Source: an uncultured Spirochaetota bacterium (GTDB taxonomy: Bacteria > Spirochaetota > UBA4802 > UBA5550). From it: a stretch of DNA of 64,000 nucleotides. The stretch covers positions 160,001 through 224,000 of the forward strand of contig CAWHAA010000008.1 of assembly GCA_963827275.1 (NCBI GenBank), given 5' to 3'. The notes beneath the pieces are model-generated. The model was not told where the DNA came from, did no database searches, and was given only the letters and a program-made list of their open reading frames with translations. A program made the position numbers and the translations under genes. Below are positions 10,171 through 20,348 of this stretch, piece after piece (the stretch's first letter is position 1; the number at the start of each line of letters is the position of its first letter).

Positions 10171-10297
10171 CTGCGTTCCCGGGCTTTCGGCTGACACGGC
10201 CACCGGCCGGCGAGAGGGCCCATTTTATTATTTACAAAAAACATGCCGGCCGTATTAATAGGCGCGATGATTCAGTGTTAATAAAAAAAAGTCGTGC

Positions 10298-11356
10298 GTG
10301 GTACATCAAATGAACTTTACACCAAACGGAGCGGCGACGGTAATAGGGAGCTTCCCCCATACCAGCCCGGAAGACGCCTGCGGGCTTGTATTTGATACCC
10401 TGCGGGAGATTCCCGCGTGGCCGCAGCTGCCGAGAAGGGATTTCCTGGAAGACATGAACGTCCAGTTCAGCGGGCGTCTTCCCTGCTTCTCGGTTGACAT
10501 GGTGAACCGGAAGGCAGGGTTCGACACCTCGCGCGATCTGGCGGGGGAGCTGGAGCGTTTTTATACCAAAATCATAGAAGACGATGTGGCATATTTCGGC
10601 CTCGATGACAAGCACGCCGCCGGGTTCGGCCGGTTCATGGCGGAGGTGCGCGGCGGCAGGGCGCAGGGCGCTTTCGCCCTCAAGGGGGAGACGTCCGGCC
10701 CCCTGACCCTGGGGCTTATGACGGACGCCACGGACGGCAAGTACGCCCTGTATAAACCCGACCTCTTCGACGCCATCGTTAAAAGCTGCGCCATGAACGC
10801 CCGGTGGCAGGCGCAAAAACTCAGGGAGCTTTCTGGGCGCGCGATCGTTTTCTTCGACGAGCCGTCCCTGTCCATAATCGGCTCCGGATTTTATTCGGTC
10901 GATAAAGCGCAGATCGCCGGCTCATTCAAGGAGATCATCGGCGGTATCCATGCCGGGGGCGGATATGCCGGCACCCACTGCTGCGGCAATGCGGACTGGG
11001 ATGAGCTGCTTGACCCGGACCTTGACCTTGATATCATCAACTTCGACGCGACGGACGATATCATCGTGGACAAGTTCGTGAACGCGCGGAACCTGCTCCC
11101 CTATCTTGAAAGGGGGAAATGCATTGCCTGGGGCGTGGTCCCCACCCTTAAGGACAAGATCGAAGCCGCCACGCCGGAAAGCGTCGGGAAAAATTTTCAC
11201 GCGGTTGTTGCGCGGCTGGTGGACAGAGGGGTGCGGGAAGAGCTTGTGCGCGGGCAGTCGATAATAACGCCCAGCTGCGGCACGGGGACGCTCCCGGTCG
11301 CGCTCGCGGAAAAGGTCATGTCATTGCTGGCCGGGCTTTCGCGCGCGCTGAAATAA
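10298..11356 (+). CDS. Core (single-barrel, MesB-like) methionine synthase of the URO-D/MetE fold
   Basis: IGSFPH, EIPAWPQLP, KGETSGPLT, FFDEP, candidate Zn ligands HCC and ITPSCG; 352 aa, no second barrel. Confidence 0.75.
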   Translation: MVHQMNFTPNGAATVIGSFPHTSPEDACGLVFDTLREIPAWPQLPRRDFLEDMNVQFSGRLPCFSVDMVNRKAGFDTSRDLAGELERFYTKIIEDDVAYFGLDDKHAAGFGRFMAEVRGGRAQGAFALKGETSGPLTLGLMTDATDGKYALYKPDLFDAIVKSCAMNARWQAQKLRELSGRAIVFFDEPSLSIIGSGFYSVDKAQIAGSFKEIIGGIHAGGGYAGTHCCGNADWDELLDPDLDLDIINFDATDDIIVDKFVNARNLLPYLERGKCIAWGVVPTLKDKIEAATPESVGKNFHAVVARLVDRGVREELVRGQSIITPSCGTGTLPVALAEKVMSLLAGLSRALK

Positions 11357-11734
11357 TCATGTCTTCGAACGATGGATAAACGCCTTGGCGTCGTCGAGGG
11401 TGTGGAACACTGCCATGTAGTTGAACATCTCCGGGTGCTCTATCATTATCTTTTGCAGAAAATCCTCCGTCATCACCATCACCAGGTATCCCTTGATTTT
11501 TTTCATTATGGCCATGGATTTCATCAGGATGCCGATCGCCGGGTCGCTGATCTCGGTGACTGAGGCGGCGTCCATGATGAAGTAGTTGTATTCCTGGAGC
11601 CCTTTCTCGGTGCTTGCGGCGGCGTATATGGCGGACGCGGTATCCTTGTCGACCCTGTCCACGTTGAGCTTGAAATGCAATATGTCCTCATCCGGCAGGT
11701 AGGTATACGTATAGAGTGCAGAGCCGTTTCCCAT
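11357..11734 (-). CDS. STAS-like small protein
   Basis: FIMDAASVTEISDPAIGILM and terminal VFHTLDDA resemble STAS proteins; GGAGG before ATG at 11734. Confidence 0.55.
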   Translation of the reverse strand: MGNGSALYTYTYLPDEDILHFKLNVDRVDKDTASAIYAAASTEKGLQEYNYFIMDAASVTEISDPAIGILMKSMAIMKKIKGYLVMVMTEDFLQKIMIEHPEMFNYMAVFHTLDDAKAFIHRSKT

Positions 11735-11815
11735 GACGCCTCCTGTGGTATGCATATCCCCTGTTTCTATCTATAAGAATCGGACAGTCCTGTCAATTGT
11801 TTATTTTAATACGGA

Positions 11816-13642
11816 TCATCTCCGAAGGGTGCCTTCAAGGGCGATCAGCCGGTCCACCAGTCCGCTGAAATGGCTGATGGCGCCTGCGATCGGGCCGGGG
11901 CTGGACATGTCCACGCCTGCAGCGCGGAGCTCGTCCAGCGGGAACATGCTGCCGCCGAGGCCGAGGAAGCCCAGGTAGGCGTTCCGCGCTGCGGTATTGT
12001 CCCCGGTCACCCCGAGGGCAAGGGCGATGGCGGCCGAGATGCCGGTGGCATACTTGTACACATAGAACGGGGAATAGAAATGGGGGATCCTGAGGCACTC
12101 CAGGGTCAGCTCTTCGTCCAGGGCGAGGTGCCCGCCGAAGTAGGCCTCCAGCAGGCCGCGGTAGAGGCCGCGCATCACCTCGAGGGTGAGGGCCCTGTTC
12201 TCTTCCACGGCCCGGTGCGTGAGCGTCTCGAATTCGGCGAACATGGTCTGCCTGAACAGGGTCCCGCGGATGTTGTCGATTTCGCGGTTGAGGATGTACG
12301 CCTTCATCGCCGGGTCTCCCTCGTAGCGGCGCAGGAGGTGGGTGCTCAGGAGGGTCTCGTTGAAGGTGGAGGCCACCTCGGCCACGAAGATCGTATAGTC
12401 GTGGTACACGTAGGGCTGGCGCCGGTTAGAGTGCCAGGAGTGCATCGAGTGCCCCGCCTCGTGTATCAGGGTGTACAGGCTGTTTATGTTGTCGTCCCGG
12501 TAATTGGTCAGTATGTAGGGCGGGGAGTCATAGCAGCCGGAAGAATAGGCGCCGCTCCGCTTGCCCCTGTTTTCATACCGGTCCACCCATCCCCCCATGA
12601 GGCCCTTGCCCATGGTCCCGGTGTATTCATCGCCGAGAACGGCGAGGGCTGCAACGCACGTCTCCACCGCCTCCTCGTAGGGCATGGAAAAGGATATGTT
12701 GTTCACGATGGGAACATAGGTGTCATAGAAATGGAGCTCGTCAAGTCCCAGGACCCGTTTGCGGAAATCGAGATACCGGAAGAGGGGCGACAGGTTGTTT
12801 TTGACCGTGGACACGAGATTATCATAGACTTCGTCCGGGACATTGTCGGCAAAGAGGCCGGAGCGGCGGCAATTGTCAAACCTGCGCACCCGTGAATAGA
12901 AGCAGTCGCGCTTGTTGGAGTAATTCAGTGCGGCGGCGATTGTGTTCCTGTGGCTGTCATAGGCCCGGTAGTACTGGAAAAAGGCCCGCTTCCTGGTTTC
13001 GCGGTCCTGTGACAGGAGGAAGGTGCTGAAATTGCCGTGTGAGAGCTCGACCTCCCTGCCCGTTTCGTCGGTGATCGTTCCGAACGTCAGGTCGGCATTG
13101 TCAAGCTGGCTGAATATCTCTGACGGCGCGTGGCCCAGCTCCCCCGCCATGGCGAGGACCTGCTCGATCTCGATCGAGAGGGTGTGGGGCCGGTAGCGCA
13201 GTATCTTGTCGAGATAGAACCGGTAGCCAAGGAGCCCCGGGTCGCGCAGGAGGCCCTCCATCGTCCCTTCCGGGATCGACTGGATCTCCGGCGTGATGAA
13301 GCTGGAAAGCTCGGAGGCCCGGGTGTAAAGGCTCATCGCCCGCTGATAGAGCCCCTGGTACCGCTGGTTGGCCTTGTCCTCGTCGCTCTTTAGATGCGCG
13401 TAGGTAAAGAGTCTTTCCAGTTTCCTTGAGGTTTCCAGGTCGAATTCGAGCGCTTCCCTGAAAAGGGACGCGGACTCCGCAAGGCGTCCGCGGTAGGCCC
13501 CATAGCGGGGGAGCAGGCCCTCGATCTCCGTGAACAGCGCCTCCCAGGCTTCGTCGGAGGGGAAGAGGGGCGCGAGGTCCCAGCGGTCCTTCTCCGGAAC
13601 GCTGCTCCGCGCGGGGATTGTTCCGTCAGGGGCGGGCTTCAT
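11816..13642 (-). CDS. pepF: Oligoendopeptidase F (M3B)
   Basis: WDLAPLF, GKRSGAYS, HEAGHSMH, AEVAST, IPHFYSPFYVYKYATG. Confidence 0.93.
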   Translation of the reverse strand: MKPAPDGTIPARSSVPEKDRWDLAPLFPSDEAWEALFTEIEGLLPRYGAYRGRLAESASLFREALEFDLETSRKLERLFTYAHLKSDEDKANQRYQGLYQRAMSLYTRASELSSFITPEIQSIPEGTMEGLLRDPGLLGYRFYLDKILRYRPHTLSIEIEQVLAMAGELGHAPSEIFSQLDNADLTFGTITDETGREVELSHGNFSTFLLSQDRETRKRAFFQYYRAYDSHRNTIAAALNYSNKRDCFYSRVRRFDNCRRSGLFADNVPDEVYDNLVSTVKNNLSPLFRYLDFRKRVLGLDELHFYDTYVPIVNNISFSMPYEEAVETCVAALAVLGDEYTGTMGKGLMGGWVDRYENRGKRSGAYSSGCYDSPPYILTNYRDDNINSLYTLIHEAGHSMHSWHSNRRQPYVYHDYTIFVAEVASTFNETLLSTHLLRRYEGDPAMKAYILNREIDNIRGTLFRQTMFAEFETLTHRAVEENRALTLEVMRGLYRGLLEAYFGGHLALDEELTLECLRIPHFYSPFYVYKYATGISAAIALALGVTGDNTAARNAYLGFLGLGGSMFPLDELRAAGVDMSSPGPIAGAISHFSGLVDRLIALEGTLRR

Positions 13643-14208
13643 CAGTATAACTTGCCGTACTGCTCGCCGAATGTGTCGAGGTGGACGAAGGCCTTCATCT
13701 CCTTGCGCGACGGGCCCTTCCCGCCGGGCGCCGCCGGCCTGCCGATGGGGATGGCGGCCACCACCTCGTACCCGTCGGGCACCAGGAGGAGACGGGCGCA
13801 TGCGTCATGGTCCAGGTTTCCCACCACGACGGTGCCCAGCCCCAGTTCATGGGCGCGCAGGCACAGGTTCTGCGCCGCCATGCCCAGGTCGAACATGAAC
13901 CATTCGTGAAACTTGGTGCGCTCCCTCCCTTCCTTGCATCCTGACACCATTGCCCTGGCGCACATGACGATGATCGCCGACGCGGACATCGAGCCGGAGC
14001 GCGCCGGGTTGGTTTCCGAGTAGGTTTGGGTGACCTGCTGTATCAGCTCGCGGTCGCGCACCACGATGAATTCCCAGACCTGGGTGTTGGCCCAGGAAGG
14101 AGCGAGGCGGGCCGCGCCGATCACCTCGCGCAGCTCCTCGTCGGTGACCATGTGGTCCGAGTATTTTCTGACGGACCTCCTGTTCGTGATCGCATCCATG
14201 AGCTCCAT
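13642..14208 (-). CDS. Nitroreductase family protein
   Basis: RRSVRKY, APSWANTQVWEF, DLGMAAQNLCLRAHELGLGT. Confidence 0.9.
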   Translation of the reverse strand: MELMDAITNRRSVRKYSDHMVTDEELREVIGAARLAPSWANTQVWEFIVVRDRELIQQVTQTYSETNPARSGSMSASAIIVMCARAMVSGCKEGRERTKFHEWFMFDLGMAAQNLCLRAHELGLGTVVVGNLDHDACARLLLVPDGYEVVAAIPIGRPAAPGGKGPSRKEMKAFVHLDTFGEQYGKLY

Positions 14209-14228
14209 TTTCGTCCTCCTCTGCGTTT

Positions 14229-14888
14229 TCAGGCGCCCGTTTTTGATTTCATCAGGGCGATCGGGATGAACTGCGACCTGCCGAAGTCGGATTTTTTGAG
14301 CACTTCAAGTTTCACCTTCACCGACATGTCGGTGAAGTGCGGATGTCGGAAGTGGAGCGTGAACGGGATTTTCGGCCCTTTCCCCATCTTTGCCGGGGAG
14401 TATTTCGGCCAGAAGTGAAAGCGGCCCTTGGTGGACGAGGTGGTGACATAGGGGTTCTCCCAGTCGGTATCAACCATCCCCGCCCGGGAGGTGCCGAACA
14501 TCAGCGATACTTCCACGCCGGGAATTATCGCGAGGGTGGATTCTTCGAGCACCTGGCCGATGATATGGGGCAGCAGGGAGCTCTTTTCAAGGCGCGTCCT
14601 CTCCGCCTGGTCTTCATCATTGCCGTTGCCGGTCACGATCCTGCTGATTGCCTCGTAGATGAGCATGAGGATGTCGACCTGCTCCTGTACCCTGTACTTC
14701 GTGTCAAGCGCCCCGTACAGGAGGCCGCGCTCGCTGGTCACGTATCGCGGCGGCACCCTGTTCAAAACATACGCGATAATGCCGTCCTTCTGGTGCTCTG
14801 ATATGCCCCGGTTCCCTTCTTTCTTTAATACTTCATCGAGAATGTTGATGACGATGTCCTGCATTAAATTTTTTGCCGGCATTGACAT
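14229..14888 (-). CDS. ComFB-family protein with C-terminal beta-rich extension
   Basis: KNLMQD...IIAYVLNRVPPRYVTSERG; extension IIGQVL...GVEVSL...GRFHFWP. Confidence 0.72.
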   Translation of the reverse strand: MSMPAKNLMQDIVINILDEVLKKEGNRGISEHQKDGIIAYVLNRVPPRYVTSERGLLYGALDTKYRVQEQVDILMLIYEAISRIVTGNGNDEDQAERTRLEKSSLLPHIIGQVLEESTLAIIPGVEVSLMFGTSRAGMVDTDWENPYVTTSSTKGRFHFWPKYSPAKMGKGPKIPFTLHFRHPHFTDMSVKVKLEVLKKSDFGRSQFIPIALMKSKTGA

Positions 14889-14895
14889 GCTCCAT

Positions 14896-17337
14896 TTATT
14901 TTGTGGTGTGTTTCCCCTTTTTGTTTACGGTCTTGAACGCGATGGTGATGACTTCCTCGACCTGATCGACAAGGTGAAAGCTCATCCCCTTCTTGATATA
15001 GGCGGGGATGTCGTCAAGGTCCTTCCTGTTTTCCCGCGGGATGATGATCTCTTTCAGGTTCGCCTTTTTCGCGGCGATGATCTTCTCCTTGATGCCGCCG
15101 ACCGGGAAGACGCGCCCGGTAAGGGTCAGCTCGCCGGTCATGGCCAGGCCCGGCTTGATCTTTTTATCGGTGGCCATGGAATAGAGCGAGGTCGCCATGG
15201 TGATGCCGGCAGACGGCCCGTCCTTGGGGGTGGCGCCCGCCGGCACGTGGAGGTGGATCATGTTGTTGCTGAAGACCTTCGCCGTCTCGCCGCGATCTTT
15301 CAGGAGGTGCTGCACGTAGCTGTAGGCGATGTTGGCGGACTCGCTCATGACGTCGCCGAGCTGTCCCGTCAGCTTCAACCCTCCCCCTTTCCTGTTGGTG
15401 ATGCCGATCGATTCGACCACCAGCGTTGCGCCGCCATAGGGGGTCCAGGCGAGGCCGATGGCGAGGCCCGACCGCGTGATCCGGATCAGGGAATCGTCAG
15501 CGTAGAGCTCCGTGCCCAGGTAGTTCCGGAGCGTTTTCGGGCTCAGAACGCCGGAGGAGCGCCTCCTGCTCTTTGCGACCGTCGTGGCGGTCTTGCGGCA
15601 TATCTTTTCGATCTGACGCTCCAGGTTGCGCACCCCCGCTTCACGTGCGTAATTGTTGATGATGTACATGAACCCCTTCTTGTCGATATTGATGCTCCCT
15701 TTCTTCAGGCCGTGCTGCTCGAGCTGCTTGGGAAGAAGGTAGCGCCGCGCTATCTCGTATTTTTCATTGGCAATGTAGCCGGCAAGCCGTATGATCTCCA
15801 TACGGTCGGCGAGGACCTGGGGAATGGTGTCGATGGTGTTCGCCGTGGTGATGAAGAGGACGTCCGACAGGTTGAAGGGGGCGTCGATATAGTAGTCGCG
15901 GAACTCGGCGTTCTGCTCGGGATCGAGCACTTCGAGGAGCGCCGATGCCGGGTCGCCCTGGAAGCTCTGGCCCAGCTTGTCTATCTCATCGAGCATGAAC
16001 ACGGGGTTCCGGTACTTGCATATCTTCAGGCCCTGTATGATCTTCCCCGGCATGGCCCCCACGTAGGTCCGCCGGTGGCCCTTGATCTCCGCCTCGTCGC
16101 GCATGCCGCCCAGAGAAATCCGGAAAAATTTTCTGTTCAGGGCGCGCGCGATCGACTTGCCGAGCGATGTCTTTCCCACCCCCGGGGGGCCCACCAGACA
16201 GATGATGGAGCCCTTGCCGTCGGGCTTCAGCTTCTTGACCGCCAGGAACTCGAGTATCCGTTTCTTGACGTCGTCGAGGCCGTAGTGGTCTCGGTTCAGT
16301 ATCCGTTCCGCCCTGGCCAGGTCTATGGCATCGACGGTCTTGCTGTTCCAGGGAAGGGAGAGGACCATGTCAATATAGTTGCGGGTGACCGCGTATTCGG
16401 AGGACGCGGTGTCCATCATCGATATCTTTCCTACCTCTTCCTCTATCTTTTCCTTTATTTCCCCCTCCAGCTTCAGCTCGCCCATCTTTTTGCGGAGGTC
16501 TTTTATTTCGCGGGAGCGTTCGTCGTCTTCGATGCCCAGCTCCAGCTTGATCGCCTTCAACTGCTCCCGGAGGAAGAAGTCGCGCTGCTGCTTGTCGATC
16601 TTTTCGTTGATGTTTCCCTGTATCCTCCTCTGGACCGAGAGCACCTCGATCTCCCGGTGGAGGAGCCCGAGCACCTTCTGGAGCCTTTTCTTCACGCTCA
16701 TGGTCTCCAGGATGTCCTGGTACTCATGCTTTTCGATGTTGAGGATCGAGGTGACGAAGTCGGCGATCTTCCCCGGCTCGTCCACGTTCAGCATGGTCAG
16801 CTTCATCTCCTCCGTGAAGAGGGGGTTGTTGTCCGAGAGTATCTTGAGCTTGCTCAGGACCTCGCGGGTCAGCGCCTTGAACTCGATGTCTTTTTTGTCG
16901 GCGAGGGTGTCGCTGAGGTATTCCACCTCCGCGACGATGTACGGCTCGTTGGAGACAATGCGCTTGACGCGGAAGCGCCTGATGCTGTTGATCAGGACAT
17001 TCAGCCCGCCGTCGGGCAGGTTGATCCGCTTCAGGATTTTCGCGGCGGTGCCGACGCCGTACAGGTCCGCGGCCGAGATTTCGTCCTTGTTGTCGTCCTT
17101 TATCAGGACAAGGCCGATGGTCCTGGTTTCCTGAATGGTCTTGTCGATGACCTCGGTAAAGCGGCCGTGCGAAATGATCAGTGGAGTAATGATCCCCGGA
17201 AATATGGGCCGGTATCTGATCGGAATTATGTACAGCTTGTGCGGCAGGACCTGGTCAATGGAAACCAGGTCGCTTTCGAGCAGCTCTGTGTCGATTGATA
17301 TATCGTTCTTGTCCAGAAGAATGTCGTCAAGATCCAT
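14896..17337 (-). CDS. lon: ATP-dependent Lon protease
   Basis: Walker [40 protein letters not shown]. Confidence 0.97.
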   Translation of the reverse strand: MDLDDILLDKNDISIDTELLESDLVSIDQVLPHKLYIIPIRYRPIFPGIITPLIISHGRFTEVIDKTIQETRTIGLVLIKDDNKDEISAADLYGVGTAAKILKRINLPDGGLNVLINSIRRFRVKRIVSNEPYIVAEVEYLSDTLADKKDIEFKALTREVLSKLKILSDNNPLFTEEMKLTMLNVDEPGKIADFVTSILNIEKHEYQDILETMSVKKRLQKVLGLLHREIEVLSVQRRIQGNINEKIDKQQRDFFLREQLKAIKLELGIEDDERSREIKDLRKKMGELKLEGEIKEKIEEEVGKISMMDTASSEYAVTRNYIDMVLSLPWNSKTVDAIDLARAERILNRDHYGLDDVKKRILEFLAVKKLKPDGKGSIICLVGPPGVGKTSLGKSIARALNRKFFRISLGGMRDEAEIKGHRRTYVGAMPGKIIQGLKICKYRNPVFMLDEIDKLGQSFQGDPASALLEVLDPEQNAEFRDYYIDAPFNLSDVLFITTANTIDTIPQVLADRMEIIRLAGYIANEKYEIARRYLLPKQLEQHGLKKGSINIDKKGFMYIINNYAREAGVRNLERQIEKICRKTATTVAKSRRRSSGVLSPKTLRNYLGTELYADDSLIRITRSGLAIGLAWTPYGGATLVVESIGITNRKGGGLKLTGQLGDVMSESANIAYSYVQHLLKDRGETAKVFSNNMIHLHVPAGATPKDGPSAGITMATSLYSMATDKKIKPGLAMTGELTLTGRVFPVGGIKEKIIAAKKANLKEIIIPRENRKDLDDIPAYIKKGMSFHLVDQVEEVITIAFKTVNKKGKHTTK

Positions 17338-17429
17338 GATGCCTCTATGATGAATCGGTTATAGTGTTCTATGGAAACGCCGGGTGTTCAGGGTAAATAT
17401 TTCTCGTGCCGTATCCTATCTCCAGATTA

Positions 17430-17458
17430 ACTTTAATTAAAACGGCGATATTTGTCAA
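17430..17458 (-). promoter_or_regulatory. Sigma70-like promoter of the lon operon
   Basis: Minus strand TTGACA-17 nt-TAAAGT. Confidence 0.5.
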
Positions 17459-17560
17459 TAAAATAGTAGGAGGACGCCGCAGCGGGCGGGCGCCATGCGC
17501 GCGGCCGGCACGGGTTCCTCCGACATAATCTCATAAAAAGTTGACGATTTTACAGAAATT

Positions 17561-20347
17561 ATGCTGGAGGATATCCCCCGCGTCTGGTTTCATGCCGTAT
17601 CGAGTGAAACAATGTCAGTCCTCGAAGAGATACATAAAAACCGTGAACTGTTCCTGCAGTTCAACGAGGTGAAGTATAAACGCTTCCAGCAGCTAATCGG
17701 CAATCCCGGTGTCCGCCGGGTCGTAAATTCAATCCCGATCCTTTTAAGCGTCAACCATAAAAGGCTCCCCGGTTATATAGAGGGAGATGTCCCCTGCGGG
17801 ATAGCCGGGTTAAAGCCGGACGGCGAAGCGGCGAAATTCCTGCAGGGGCGGTTCTATCTCAGGGAGATCGCGCTCCAGACCGGGGAACCGTTCATACAGA
17901 TGATGGCGGTGATGGGAAGCGTGGGAACGATCGCCTACACCAGGGACTCCGACTTTGATTACTGGGTCTGCATCGACAGGCGCGCGGCGTCCCCTGAAAA
18001 GGTCGGCCTGTTCCAGCAGAAGGTTGACGCGGTCCAGAGCTGGGCGATGAAGGAGATCGATATCGAGGTAAATATCTTCGTCAATGACATCAGCAATATC
18101 AAGGCGAACATCTTCGCCGAGAACCGCGAGGAGGCGTTCGGCTCGATCATCGGCGCCGTGCTGAAGGACGAGTTCTTCAGGAGCTCGATCATTATCGCCG
18201 GCAAGACCCCCTTCTGGTGGGTGCTCCCCCGGCTGGTGAGGGACAATGAATACGAAGCGTTCTGCCAGGCGGTCCCTCCAAAGGAGATGTCTGAATATTT
18301 TGTGGATCTGGGGAACGTGTATGAAATATCAAGGGAGGACTTTATCGGCGCCGCCCTGTTCCTGATTATAAAATCGCTCGGCAATCCCTTCAAGTCCATC
18401 ATCAAGCTCGGCCTGCTCGAGAAATACCTGTTCGGGCCCGATAACTCGCCGCTCCTCTGCCAGAAGGTGAAATCGAGCATCCTCCGCGGCAACCTGGACA
18501 ACCGGATCATCGATTCCTACATCCTCATGTTCGAAGAGGTCTATGAATACTACGCATCGGCAGTCGCCGACGCCGCGCTCCTTAAGATACTGCGGCAGAA
18601 CCTCTACCTGAAGATAAACCCGCAGCTGTCGCGGTACGTCGGCGTGAAGGACCGGCAGGGCCTCCCCTACAAGGTGCTGGTGATGTTCCGCTATGTGAAG
18701 GAGTGGGGGTGGAGCGGGAAGGAGGTCCAGGCGCTCGATAATTTCGAAAGCTGGGACTATAACCGCACCCTGGTCTTCTGGAGCCTGGTGCAGAAATTCA
18801 TGCTGCTGAGCTACCAGAAGATCGCGGCGCAGATCCCCTCGATGGACCTCGAGCGGAAGGTGTCGGCGTCGGACTTCAAGCTGCTGAGCGGAAAGATCAA
18901 GTCGCACTTCGCCCATGAAAAAAACAAGATCGACCAGTATATAACCTTCAAGGACACCCCCTTCGAGTCGATGCTGCACGTGGAGCCGGCGGCGGGGAGC
19001 GGCATGGACGGCGACGACTGGAGCCTTCTGAAACGGAACATGTCCGCGGGGGAGGCGGGGCAGTCGACGCTCCTGAAGACCGAAAAGGGACTGGTGCGGC
19101 TTCTTGCCTGGACCGCCATCAACCGGATATTCAACCCGCGGTTCAGCAGGCTGAAGTTCCAGGCCGGGTACAGCCGGGTGAGCCAGAACAGGGTGCTGGA
19201 GTTGATGGGCCGCATCGCCGACCATTTTTCCGGGACCCTGGCGAAGCTGAAAAACGAGTACTACCTGCGTCCGGCCTTCAACATGGCGAACATGTTGATC
19301 ATCAATTTCGGGATCGAGAACGCGGAGGCCATCACGACCATCCACCATATCTACCAGACCAGCTGGGGCGAGTCATATATCGATGAATACGGCGCGGAAA
19401 GCGACATTGTGCCGATACTCGGGACCGTGTTGAAAGAGGGCATCATCTCGTGCCCGAAGTTCGATGACTATTGCGTCATTGACACCCCCGAGCCTTTCAA
19501 AAAGCATTACAAGGACATTGAGCAGATTTTCAGGGAGGCCTACAATTTCATTGTCCAGGGCAGGGACGCGCGTTTTTCCTACCGCTTCCTGGGGCGTCTC
19601 GGCGGCAGGTACGTAACCGTCACCAGGGAGGGCGGCTCGGTGTCGCTCGCCAGCGATCCCGACATCGTGAAGGCGCTCTCGCGCATATCGTTGAATCCCC
19701 GTCCCGCCGCTCTCTATTCGTTCTATTGCACGGACCTGCGGCTCCGCATACTTGATGAAATCTACCGGATGAAGAAAAAGAACGTCATCACGGCGGTATT
19801 CGAGGAGGCCGGGGAGTATGTGCTGGCCTATGTCATCAATGAGTACGACAATATCTTCACGTTCATCAAGCCGAAAAAAGCAAAAGAGGACCTGGTCGTG
19901 TTCATGTACGATTTTTGCCGGAATTCCGTGCGCAGGGCCGGCGGCGGGGAAGGCCTTTCCCGGCCCGCCCCCGGGATCCACCTGTTCCAGCTTACCGTGG
20001 ACCGGTTCGGCAAATCGTCTTTTGAGAATACGACGCGGCGGTGCGAGGAGCTGTATGTGGTGAAATTCAAGACCAAGAAGGCCATCTCGGTGCGAATCGC
20101 GAACTACCTGACGAGCGAGCCGCTCTATGCACTGTCTGTCCCGGGAAGAACGGGCACGGAATACGCTCCCCTGAACCGGCTCCCTGCTGTGTTTGGCGCG
20201 CTCCTCCGGGAGGACCCTTCGATCTCGCCCTTCATCAATGATATCGAGTTCGCCGATGCGCAGGGACACCAGCTCTATCCGGGTTCAACGCCCTATTTTT
20301 CAGAAAAATACAGGATGGAGCTGATCTTCGACAGGCTGAAAAAGTAG
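17561..20347 (+). CDS. cyaA: Class I adenylate cyclase
   Basis: MGSVGTIAYTRDSDFDYWVC (GS...DxD), LKDEFFRS, IAGKTPFWW, DLG, KSLGNPFKSIIKLGLLEKY; alternative start 17612. Confidence 0.82.
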   Translation: MLEDIPRVWFHAVSSETMSVLEEIHKNRELFLQFNEVKYKRFQQLIGNPGVRRVVNSIPILLSVNHKRLPGYIEGDVPCGIAGLKPDGEAAKFLQGRFYLREIALQTGEPFIQMMAVMGSVGTIAYTRDSDFDYWVCIDRRAASPEKVGLFQQKVDAVQSWAMKEIDIEVNIFVNDISNIKANIFAENREEAFGSIIGAVLKDEFFRSSIIIAGKTPFWWVLPRLVRDNEYEAFCQAVPPKEMSEYFVDLGNVYEISREDFIGAALFLIIKSLGNPFKSIIKLGLLEKYLFGPDNSPLLCQKVKSSILRGNLDNRIIDSYILMFEEVYEYYASAVADAALLKILRQNLYLKINPQLSRYVGVKDRQGLPYKVLVMFRYVKEWGWSGKEVQALDNFESWDYNRTLVFWSLVQKFMLLSYQKIAAQIPSMDLERKVSASDFKLLSGKIKSHFAHEKNKIDQYITFKDTPFESMLHVEPAAGSGMDGDDWSLLKRNMSAGEAGQSTLLKTEKGLVRLLAWTAINRIFNPRFSRLKFQAGYSRVSQNRVLELMGRIADHFSGTLAKLKNEYYLRPAFNMANMLIINFGIENAEAITTIHHIYQTSWGESYIDEYGAESDIVPILGTVLKEGIISCPKFDDYCVIDTPEPFKKHYKDIEQIFREAYNFIVQGRDARFSYRFLGRLGGRYVTVTREGGSVSLASDPDIVKALSRISLNPRPAALYSFYCTDLRLRILDEIYRMKKKNVITAVFEEAGEYVLAYVINEYDNIFTFIKPKKAKEDLVVFMYDFCRNSVRRAGGGEGLSRPAPGIHLFQLTVDRFGKSSFENTTRRCEELYVVKFKTKKAISVRIANYLTSEPLYALSVPGRTGTEYAPLNRLPAVFGALLREDPSISPFINDIEFADAQGHQLYPGSTPYFSEKYRMELIFDRLKK

Positions 20348-20348
20348 G

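Noticed and set aside
11816..13801. Track start of pepF at 13801
   Set aside because: The extension overlaps the nitroreductase out of frame; ATG at 13642 overlapping the upstream stop is more plausible
14659..17298. 879-aa plus-strand ORF
   Set aside because: Antisense shadow of lon, typical of high-GC codon bias; no motifs
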